The translations under genes and the position numbers were made by a program. The notes beneath the pieces were generated by a model. It had not been told where the DNA came from, ran no database searches, and was given only the letters and a program-made list of their open reading frames with translations. From Sulfurimonadaceae bacterium (GTDB taxonomy: Bacteria > Campylobacterota > Campylobacteria > Campylobacterales > Sulfurimonadaceae), in the NCBI GenBank assembly GCA_028683835.1, contig JAQUHB010000001.1, positions 65,060 to 129,059 of the forward strand: a stretch of DNA of 64,000 nt. The letters are read 5' to 3'. How positions within the stretch are numbered: position 1 is the stretch's first letter; every line of letters begins with the position of its first letter. Below, in pieces: positions 11,074-18,215 of the stretch.

Positions 11074-11096
11074 AGAGTCCTTTGCATATAAGTAAT

Positions 11097-11121
11097 TAAG
11101 CAGAGTTTTACACTCCGCTTA
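11097..11121. terminator. hairpin between convergent genes (bidirectional terminator candidate)
   Basis: TAAGCAGAGT-TTTAC-ACTCCGCTTA pairs at 9 of 10 stem positions. It lies between the stop at 11073 (+) and the stop at 11126 (-). Confidence 0.5.
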
Positions 11122-11125
11122 AACC

Positions 11126-12433
11126 CTACTTCGTAGCAAACTTATAATCTAACATCAACCAAGCAACAGTTTTGTCGTTTGTAAATCCTGTGGCATTTCC
11201 ACCTTTATAAAAGGCACCTTTGATAAGAGCTGTAAGATTGTTGATTTTAGGGATTTTATTGCCATAAGAAACATCAAACTCTGAACCTAAATCTTTCGAT
11301 GTTCCAATATTTTTTTGTGCATCAAATTTATGATAAACAGCCAACACTTTTCCAAATGTTTTCTCAGCATAACCAAGACGTACATTTGCATCATTGAGCC
11401 CCGCATTATTTGTACTTCCTAAAAATACGTCAGCCCATCCATTAAATGCATGCAGTGTAGCAAGTGGAGTCCAAAAACCAATAACAGAACTTCCCTCAGC
11501 TTTCCCAAGTGACTCGTAATTTACACCAGCTAAGAAACTATTGACATTCGCACCTAAATCTAAATTGTAGTATCTTGCATCTGCTTCTGGTTTACCACTG
11601 ATGCCCACTTTAGCACTAGCACCTGATTGTGAACGTCTCTCAAGTGATGGATCCGCTTGTTTTGCATACTCAGCGCGATAGTCAAGTTTGAGTGTACCTG
11701 CATCGATATTGCCAGTTAATGCTGCACCATAAGTATCACTGATAGAAGCTAGCATATAATCATATGCAGTTACATGCAACATGTCGTTTATTTTATAAGT
11801 AGCATGTAACAAAACAGATGAAGTATCATATGCTTCATTCGTGGAAAGACCAGTTGCTGCTGTAGAAAGAAAACTTTGATTTTTAACACCATTGACTCCA
11901 TAAACATACGCACCTAAAAGTGAAAGGTTTTCAATACTATTATCAACTAAAGCAACAGCATCAAAAGTTTGTTTCATCTGTCTCCAGTCTACAGTACCGA
12001 TAAAACGTTGATTATCAAGATTGACATCTTGACGACCTGCACGTACCAGAGTTTTATTGATTTTATAATCTATGTACGCTTGAGTAATACGCGCTTGCTG
12101 TGGATCTGCAACAATATCATATTTTGTATTACCGTCTATGGTTCCATTATAGTTTCTGTCCCCAAAATTACTTACAGCAGAACCTTCTAAAAAAGCAGAA
12201 AGTCCATCAATTTGGAAAAGATCTGCACCTACGCCTAAAGTTGTACGTGCTGTAAAAGCATTAGCAATCTCTTTACCACTGTTTTGTGCATCCACATATT
12301 CATAACGAGGACGAATCTCACCGCTGAACTTTACATTGCTAAGGATATTGATCCCATCATCTGCACTTGCGTTTACATGTATGCTTATCAGTAAACATGG
12401 TACTGCTGCCATAGAAAGTAACATTTTTTTCAT
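11126..12433 (-). CDS. outer-membrane beta-barrel porin (alginate-export-like family)
   Basis: It has a signal peptide (MKKMLLSMAAVPCLLISIHVNASA), alternating beta-strand sequence and a C-terminal aromatic end (MLDYKFATK). The motif RQDVNLDNQRFIGTVDWRQ..QTFDAV is typical of AlgE-like porins. Confidence 0.7.
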   Translation of the reverse strand: MKKMLLSMAAVPCLLISIHVNASADDGINILSNVKFSGEIRPRYEYVDAQNSGKEIANAFTARTTLGVGADLFQIDGLSAFLEGSAVSNFGDRNYNGTIDGNTKYDIVADPQQARITQAYIDYKINKTLVRAGRQDVNLDNQRFIGTVDWRQMKQTFDAVALVDNSIENLSLLGAYVYGVNGVKNQSFLSTAATGLSTNEAYDTSSVLLHATYKINDMLHVTAYDYMLASISDTYGAALTGNIDAGTLKLDYRAEYAKQADPSLERRSQSGASAKVGISGKPEADARYYNLDLGANVNSFLAGVNYESLGKAEGSSVIGFWTPLATLHAFNGWADVFLGSTNNAGLNDANVRLGYAEKTFGKVLAVYHKFDAQKNIGTSKDLGSEFDVSYGNKIPKINNLTALIKGAFYKGGNATGFTNDKTVAWLMLDYKFATK

Positions 12434-12482
12434 TTTTTATTCCTTTTTTCCTTAGTTTTACATAAACTAATTCTATGGGAAA

Positions 12483-12488
12483 AGTATA
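12483..12488 (-). promoter_or_regulatory. -10 candidate TATACT for the porin gene
   Basis: It lies within the 11-mer GATATACTTTT (minus strand, 12490-12480), which is repeated identically upstream of narK. It starts 40 nt from the palindrome centre. Confidence 0.4.
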
Positions 12489-12515
12489 TCTTCTATTGTA
12501 TTGAAGGTAATCAGT

Positions 12516-12540
12516 ATATTGATTAAATTTTAATCAATAT
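12516..12540. promoter_or_regulatory. 25-bp perfect palindrome operator candidate (porin / nasA divergent region)
   Basis: The sequence is ATATTGATTAAA-T-TTTAATCAATAT. The central 23 bp are identical to 29288-29310. Confidence 0.65.
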
Positions 12541-12545
12541 TAATC

Positions 12546-12573
12546 TTAATTTTACATTAATGAGTGCTATGAT
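12546..12573 (+). promoter_or_regulatory. nasA promoter candidate: conserved box TTAATTTTACATTAA plus extended -10 TGcTATGAT
   Basis: The 15-nt box (12546-12560) is identical to the one upstream of nirA. The extended -10 lies at 12565-12573, 27 nt before the ATG at 12601. Confidence 0.45.
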
Positions 12574-12600
12574 TTTAACATATAAATTATGAGGTGTAAG

Positions 12601-14580
12601 ATGATTAAGTCTGTTTGCGGATATTGCGGTGTCGGATGCGGTTTGGAATATGATGAGAAAAAGTTAATAGGCGATGTTACTTATCCTACGAATTTTGGAA
12701 GTGTCTGTTCTAAAGGTGTTTCAGAACTTGTCAGTATTCAAACCGAGTCAAGATTGCTTCGCCCTGTAATGCGAGAAAATATTGATGAGGAGTTGCTTAC
12801 ATGTAAGTGGGAAGATGCACTCACTCTTATAGCAAACAAGATTCAAAACAGCTCCAAAGAGAAGATAGGATTTTATCTCTCAGGTCAGCTTTTAACTGAG
12901 GATTATTACATCGCAAATAAACTTGGCAAAGGGTTTATCGGCACGGGTAATGTCGATACAAACAGCCGTACATGTATGTCAAGTGCGGTTGTAGCGTACA
13001 AAAAAAGCTTAGGTGCTGATTTTGTTCCGCTTCGTATGGATGATATTTTTAAAGCAAATTTGCTGATATTAGCGGGAGCAAATACTGCTGAGGCACATGT
13101 GGTATTTCATAACCGTATCAAAAAAGCAAAAAAAGAGGGTTTAAAAGTAGTCGTCATAGATCCAAGAGATACTGAAACGGCAAAAATTGCAGATATCTAT
13201 TTGCCCATTAAAGTGGGAGGCGATATCGATTTTTTTAATCTCATCTCAAAACGTCTCATTGATGAAGAGTTGTACGATAAAGAGTTTGTAGAAAATCATA
13301 TCAACAATTTTGAGCTTTTAAAAAATAAGTTCAAACGCGCTCCTGTGACTAAAATGCTCAAACGTACGGGTCTCTCTCAAGAGCAGTTTGATGAGTTTTT
13401 CGAACTCTATAGAAATAGTGCAAATATCATAACAGCATGGACGATGGGACTCAATCAATCGGTTCAAGGTGTAGATAAAAATCTCTCCCTTATAAACACG
13501 CATCTCTTAAGTGGCAAGATCTTTAAAGAGGGAAATGGACCGCTGAGCCTCACAGGTCAGCCAAACGCGATGGGCGGACGCGAGGTCGGAGGACTCTCGA
13601 CTATGCTTGCGGTGCATCTTGGTTTTGATAAAGAGAGTATCAAAAAAGTGAGTAAGTTTTGGAAAAGTGAGAATGTAGCGACAAGTGCAGGGCTCACTGC
13701 CACACAAATGCTCGAGGCCAATCTTGATGTGCTCATTATCTGCCACACAGACCCGATCTATCATCTTCCAAATCGAAACAAAATGGAACAGCTTATCAAG
13801 AAAATCCCTTTTGTCGTAGAGATAAACGCTTATGAAAACTCTGAAACATCCAAGTTCGTACATGTAAGGCTTCCGGCTTCTCCTTGGGGCGAAAAAGAGG
13901 GCACACAGACCAATTTGGATAGAACCATTACAAGACAAGAACGTCTTACTCGTCAGTCCATAGACTCTAAACCCGATTGGGAGATATTTCAGTTGATCGC
14001 TCAAGCTCTTGGATATAAAGAGGGTTTCAATTTTAAAAACCCAAAAGAGATATTCGAGGAGTATCAAGAGATGACAAAGTTAAACGGCTATATGGATATC
14101 CACAAAGCCGATTATGATGAACTTTATAACAATGCTTTCATTTGGGGACAGGAGATAAAAGGGTTTTTAACACCCGATAAAAAAGGGAATCTTTTTTATG
14201 TGGAAAACAAACTATTGAGTGAGAAAATCTCTTTGGAATATCCATTTATTTTACTTACAGGACGCACGCGCGACCAGTGGCACAGTGGAACAAAAACAAA
14301 TTTGCCGGCAACTCTTTTAAAGTTTAAAGAGCTGAATTTTTGTGAGATACATCCAGCTGATGCACAAAAACTTGGTATCAAAGATGGCGATGCGATAAAA
14401 GTGATCTCAAAACGAGGCGAGCTCATCACAAAAGCGCTTTTGACTGAAAATATTAATGAAAAAAATCTCTTTATTCCCATCAGTAACAGAGAAGTGAATT
14501 ATTTGACTTTGGATCTGTATGACAGCGAATCTTTAGAACCCGACTATAATCATAGTGCGGTTAAAATTTTAAAAATCTAA
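12601..14580 (+). CDS. nasA: assimilatory nitrate reductase catalytic subunit (molybdopterin oxidoreductase, NasA/NarB type)
   Basis: It has an N-terminal 4Fe-4S motif (CGYCGVGCG...VCSKG), MopB-family length and a C-terminal molybdopterin dinucleotide-binding domain. I chose the start at 12601 because it has a GAGG Shine-Dalgarno 6 nt upstream, unlike the track start at 12589. Confidence 0.88.
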   Translation: MIKSVCGYCGVGCGLEYDEKKLIGDVTYPTNFGSVCSKGVSELVSIQTESRLLRPVMRENIDEELLTCKWEDALTLIANKIQNSSKEKIGFYLSGQLLTEDYYIANKLGKGFIGTGNVDTNSRTCMSSAVVAYKKSLGADFVPLRMDDIFKANLLILAGANTAEAHVVFHNRIKKAKKEGLKVVVIDPRDTETAKIADIYLPIKVGGDIDFFNLISKRLIDEELYDKEFVENHINNFELLKNKFKRAPVTKMLKRTGLSQEQFDEFFELYRNSANIITAWTMGLNQSVQGVDKNLSLINTHLLSGKIFKEGNGPLSLTGQPNAMGGREVGGLSTMLAVHLGFDKESIKKVSKFWKSENVATSAGLTATQMLEANLDVLIICHTDPIYHLPNRNKMEQLIKKIPFVVEINAYENSETSKFVHVRLPASPWGEKEGTQTNLDRTITRQERLTRQSIDSKPDWEIFQLIAQALGYKEGFNFKNPKEIFEEYQEMTKLNGYMDIHKADYDELYNNAFIWGQEIKGFLTPDKKGNLFYVENKLLSEKISLEYPFILLTGRTRDQWHSGTKTNLPATLLKFKELNFCEIHPADAQKLGIKDGDAIKVISKRGELITKALLTENINEKNLFIPISNREVNYLTLDLYDSESLEPDYNHSAVKILKI

Positions 14581-14649
14581 AGGATAGTAATTTTCCTTTA
14601 AGAGGATTTGCTTTATACTGACTCGCAAATAAATTCAGGAGTCAGAAGT

Positions 14650-15297
14650 ATGAAGCAATATGAAACGTATAAATGTAGTGTTTGTGGAAATGAAGTGGAA
14701 GTACAATATGTGGGTGGCGGAACACTCGTGTGTTGTGGGAAGCATATGGATTGTATCACAGAAAATCTGACAGCTGTAAATCTGATGAAGGCGTTTGCAG
14801 GGGAATCTCAAGCACGAAATAAATATGAATTTTTCGGCGAACTTGCTCGTGAGGCAGGATGGCACGCCATTGCCGAACATTTTGCAGAATCGGCAATGAA
14901 TGAAAAGTATCATGCAAAAGCTGAATATGTGGCTTACAATAAGCTCGTTTACGGCATAGAGATGCATGAGACACTTAAAAATCTTGATATGGCAATTACG
15001 GGTGAAAACTATGAACATACACAGATGTATCCAAATTTTGCTACTATAGCCGAAGAGGAAGGGCATAAAGATATCGCGCGCCTTCTCAAAGCTATTGCAA
15101 AAGTGGAAGCAGAGCATGAACGTGAGTATGCAGAGCTAAAAAAACTTCTTGTAGATGAGGGATTTTTCAACTCAGATGAAGATGAATATTGGGTTTGTGA
15201 AGTGTGTGGACATGTGCATAGGGGCAAAAAACCGCCAAAGGCGTGTCCGCTTTGTAAAGTAGGGCAAGAGTATTTCAAACGTGAACATTTACATTAA
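14650..15297 (+). CDS. rrc: desulforubrerythrin (desulforedoxin + rubrerythrin four-helix bundle + rubredoxin domains)
   Basis: The N-terminal Dx-like motif is YKCSVCGNEVEV...LVCCGKHM. Di-iron ExxH motifs follow (EKYHAKAE, EAEHEREY). The C-terminal rubredoxin motif is CEVCGHVH...CPLCK. An AGGAG sits 8 nt before the ATG at 14650. The architecture matches C. jejuni Rrc as I recall it. Confidence 0.85.
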   Translation: MKQYETYKCSVCGNEVEVQYVGGGTLVCCGKHMDCITENLTAVNLMKAFAGESQARNKYEFFGELAREAGWHAIAEHFAESAMNEKYHAKAEYVAYNKLVYGIEMHETLKNLDMAITGENYEHTQMYPNFATIAEEEGHKDIARLLKAIAKVEAEHEREYAELKKLLVDEGFFNSDEDEYWVCEVCGHVHRGKKPPKACPLCKVGQEYFKREHLH

Positions 15298-15322
15298 ATA
15301 AATTTTACAAAAGGAAAGTATT

Positions 15323-15838
15323 ATGGCAAAAAGAGGAATATCGATTCTAAAAGGTATCGAAGCACAAACGGTTACTACACTTTTAAATAAAGCTTATGCA
15401 GATGAGTGGTTGGCATATTATCAGTACTTTATTGAATCTAAGGTAGTGAAGGGGATCATGAAAGACGCAGCTATTACAGAACTTACCCAGCATGCAGCAG
15501 ATGAACTTCGTCATGCAACGCTGATAAGTGGACGTATCATACAACTTGGTGGGACACCTTTGTTAAGTCCAAAAGATTGGTTTACGCATACAAACTGTGG
15601 ATATGAGGCTCCAGAGGATGCCGATGTTCTTTCAATTTTAAAACAGTCGATTAAGGGTGAACAGTGTGCTATCAGTATATATAATGGGATCTTAGATATT
15701 ACAAGAGAAAAAGATGTTATTACATATGATATGGTTTCGACTATATTGGCTGATGAGGTTGAACATGAAGAAGATCTGCAAGCACTCTATGATGATATTC
15801 ATGAATTCATAGCTGAGATCAAGAAAAATATTCAGTAA
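15323..15838 (+). CDS. ferritin-like / Dps-like (bacterioferritin-type di-iron) protein
   Basis: It is 171 aa with a four-helix-bundle pattern and E..H ligands (ADELRHAT, DEVEHEEDL). Confidence 0.75.
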   Translation: MAKRGISILKGIEAQTVTTLLNKAYADEWLAYYQYFIESKVVKGIMKDAAITELTQHAADELRHATLISGRIIQLGGTPLLSPKDWFTHTNCGYEAPEDADVLSILKQSIKGEQCAISIYNGILDITREKDVITYDMVSTILADEVEHEEDLQALYDDIHEFIAEIKKNIQ

Positions 15839-15854
15839 AGTTTCGATTTTATCT

Positions 15855-15881
15855 GTAAAGAGGCTTTTTTCACCTCTTTAC
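15855..15881. terminator. perfect 9-bp stem hairpin between convergent genes
   Basis: The sequence is GTAAAGAGG-CTTTTTTCA-CCTCTTTAC, located between the stops at 15838 (+) and 15909 (-). Confidence 0.6.
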
Positions 15882-15908
15882 ATCATGAAAAGTGTTTGGT
15901 TGTAATGT

Positions 15909-16376
15909 TTATCTAAAGTCGTTATATATATAAGCCGGTTGGTTTGGTAGCTTTTTCATTTCAGCTTCAAAAAACTGTTTCAATGTTTCTTTTTGATCTT
16001 TGTTGAGATCTGCTTCTTTATGCATTAACAGGTAACTAGTTTTTGGCATAGTGCCGTGATCTAGGAGTTGAATCGCACGTTTGAGACGTTGTGCTTTTAC
16101 TTTTGGATCCATATTTGCCCAATCTGAGAAGTTTAGCGCTTTACGTCCATCATTGATATGGTCTTCCATCATCCAAGATACTGGAGAAATATGGCTATAC
16201 CAAGGGTATTTTGTTTCATTTGAGTGACAGTCGTAGCATGAAGGTTTGAGAATATTCATAACCTTGTTATCCGCTTGAAGCGTAACTGTTTCATCTACTT
16301 TTGGATTTGTAAAATCCGGTCTAATAAACTGTATCGCAATTGCAACAGCAATGAGTGCATATAATAGTTTTATCAT
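15909..16376 (-). CDS. haem-binding-domain protein (membrane anchored)
   Basis: It has an N-terminal TM helix and a CxxCH motif in the context CYDCHSNETKYPWYSHISPVSW...GRKALNFSDW, which is typical of the Haem_bd family. Confidence 0.7.
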   Translation of the reverse strand: MIKLLYALIAVAIAIQFIRPDFTNPKVDETVTLQADNKVMNILKPSCYDCHSNETKYPWYSHISPVSWMMEDHINDGRKALNFSDWANMDPKVKAQRLKRAIQLLDHGTMPKTSYLLMHKEADLNKDQKETLKQFFEAEMKKLPNQPAYIYNDFR

Positions 16377-16442
16377 TTTTATCCTTGTAGCGTTTTAGAG
16401 GTAGAAGTTTACCGTTAAAGTTTAAACAGATAGCCATCATAT

Positions 16443-17228
16443 CTATGGATATTGAATATTTATCTCACATGTTTGGGCAGTTTTAATGACAAACTTGTAT
16501 TTTCCTTTTACTAACGGAGCTTTGATATTCCAAGGGTTGTAGCCTGTATTTACTCGTTTATTATCCAAAGTAACTATTTTCATCGACGCACAAGCTTTGT
16601 TATTTGCCTTTATAAATCCATCTTGATTGGTTTCAAAAAGTCTTACAATCTCTTTTGGATTATATTCAAATGTTGTAGTTCCTCTAACTATTTGTTTATC
16701 AAAAAGTTCACCCAAATCCTGTTTTTGAGGTGTTTTGATACTTTCTGTGTTCTTGTCATCTGTGCTTTGTTCTTTAGCTTCTTCGTTTATCTCTTCTTGG
16801 CTGATTTGAGGGGTTTTTGCAATTATGAGTTGCGCTCTATTTTCATAATCATACAAAAGTATATATCTCATTTTCAGATCATGAGTTGGTCTTGTAAACT
16901 GTGTGCTTTTGATTATCTCTTCTGTAAAAGCATCGATTTCTGGATTGTTGGCGTGTACTAAAAAATGTATATTTTTTATTTCTAGATTATCTGTAAGTGT
17001 AAATTCTATAACATTTTTATCTTTACATGTAAGCTTGTTTAATCGTTCTTGAAGTTTGATACTAGCCATTAAAACAGCATCACTATTTATCTCTTTGTTA
17101 TCTGTCATATATTTTATTTCTTCTTGAGTTAAATTGACGTTTTTATATAAAGCCTTGATGTTCTGAAGAACAAGTAGTTGTGCATGCAGAGCTGTAAAGA
17201 AAAAGATTCCTAAAATAAATATTTTCAA
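16443..17228 (-). CDS. secreted hypothetical protein (possible TonB-C-like N-terminal domain)
   Basis: It has a signal peptide (MKIFILGIFFFTALHAQ), an acidic linker and a C-terminal beta-rich domain. It sits 66 nt upstream of the haem-binding protein gene on the same strand. Confidence 0.5.
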   Translation of the reverse strand: MKIFILGIFFFTALHAQLLVLQNIKALYKNVNLTQEEIKYMTDNKEINSDAVLMASIKLQERLNKLTCKDKNVIEFTLTDNLEIKNIHFLVHANNPEIDAFTEEIIKSTQFTRPTHDLKMRYILLYDYENRAQLIIAKTPQISQEEINEEAKEQSTDDKNTESIKTPQKQDLGELFDKQIVRGTTTFEYNPKEIVRLFETNQDGFIKANNKACASMKIVTLDNKRVNTGYNPWNIKAPLVKGKYKFVIKTAQTCEINIQYP

Positions 17229-17406
17229 CTCTTTTCCTTTAATATGAAATTTTATAAGTTCAGTATCGAGATTTTACAATAAAATTAGTTTCTTGTCTCT
17301 AGTCTATTCTTCGCCATAATGCACAAACACCAAATAGAGCCAGTTTTTAAGCTCTAATAGCATCGAAAAAAGTTATAGTTTTATTACTTATATTTGGGAA
17401 ATAGAT

Positions 17407-18213
17407 ATGAAAAATTTACTTTATTTGATCTTATTGTTATTTGTAGCTTCTCTTGAAGCAAAAACGTTGATCTTTGGTGTTGTACCGCAACAAAGTCCCA
17501 TAAAGTTGATCCAAGATTGGCAACCAATAACCAATTATTTGGAAAAAGCAACAGGAGAGCGTATTGAGTTAAAAGTGGAACATTCAATTCCCGAATTTGA
17601 AAAAAAATTGTATAGCGGCGTATATGATATCGCATATATGAATCCATACCATTATGTTATAGCGAGCAAACGTCAGGGATATATAGCCGAAGTACGTGAT
17701 GAAAAAAATCTTATCGGCATTTTAGTTGTTAAAAAGAATAGTGGCTTGAGAGATGTTTCAAAGTTAGGTGCGAAAACTTTTCTTTTTCCTGCCCCAGAAG
17801 CATTTGCTGCGACACTATTGACAAAATATGAACTTCTTAAAAAATATAAAATCGATTTAGAAAAAAATAAAAACTATTTGTATGTAAACTCACATGACTC
17901 TGTATATAAAGGTATCGCACGCGATGTTGGAGATGTGGGAGGAGGGATTGAAAGAACTTTTAATGCACTAGAAGATTCTAAAAGTAAAGATATGTTGATG
18001 ATCTTATATAGAACAAAAGCATATCCCAGCCATCCATTTGCGCTCAATCCCGCACTCTCTAATGCACAAAAAGCAAAAATTACAAAAGCATTGATACAGA
18101 TGCCTCAGTCTTTAGTGTTATCGATCGATATGAAACATCTCATAAAGATCGAAGACTCAGAGTATGATGAAGTGCGGGATATCGCAGTTTCATTCCCTTC
18201 TAAAGAAGAGTAA
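17407..18213 (+). CDS. PhnD-like periplasmic substrate-binding protein (phosphate/phosphonate SBP family)
   Basis: It has a signal peptide and the family signature TLIFGVVPQQSP...YDIAYMNPYHYV. No ABC permease or ATPase gene is adjacent. Confidence 0.75.
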   Translation: MKNLLYLILLLFVASLEAKTLIFGVVPQQSPIKLIQDWQPITNYLEKATGERIELKVEHSIPEFEKKLYSGVYDIAYMNPYHYVIASKRQGYIAEVRDEKNLIGILVVKKNSGLRDVSKLGAKTFLFPAPEAFAATLLTKYELLKKYKIDLEKNKNYLYVNSHDSVYKGIARDVGDVGGGIERTFNALEDSKSKDMLMILYRTKAYPSHPFALNPALSNAQKAKITKALIQMPQSLVLSIDMKHLIKIEDSEYDEVRDIAVSFPSKEE

Positions 18214-18215
18214 AA

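Noticed and set aside
12516-12540. Reading the palindrome as a canonical FNR/CRP box, or as a Fur box.
   Set aside because: The TTGAT and ATCAA pentamers are 9 nt apart rather than 4. The sequence also does not fit the 7-1-7 Fur-type arrangement (TGATAAT-N-ATTATCA) as I recall it. I therefore leave the regulator unassigned.
12589-12600. Upstream alternative starts proposed by the ORF track: nasA 12589, rubrerythrin 14608, GGDEF 24080, nirA 29263, UbiD 35406, recR 48912 and SPOR 56047.
   Set aside because: In each case a downstream ATG has a well-spaced GGAG-type Shine-Dalgarno and gives a canonical N-terminus. The upstream start either uses TTG without a Shine-Dalgarno, overlaps the previous gene extensively, or falls inside the conserved promoter box (nirA).
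13507-14067. A 186-aa ORF antisense to nasA. Similar long shadow ORFs in the track include 5917-6270, 9298-9663, 14635-15117, 34186-34608, 35646-36017, 53738-54103, 55290-55667 and 57032-57403.
   Set aside because: Each lies entirely inside, and antisense to or out of frame with, a gene that has strong family motifs. Their translations are low-complexity or Cys/Phe/Ile-rich with no recognisable motifs and no Shine-Dalgarno. This is typical of shadow ORFs in AT-rich DNA.
14579-14599. A hairpin after nasA (AAAGGA-N9-TCCTTT), and a similar 6-bp stem after the gene ending at 8873 (8871-8889).
   Set aside because: The stems are short and AT-rich, the loop is large or the T-tail is missing. This is too weak to call a terminator.
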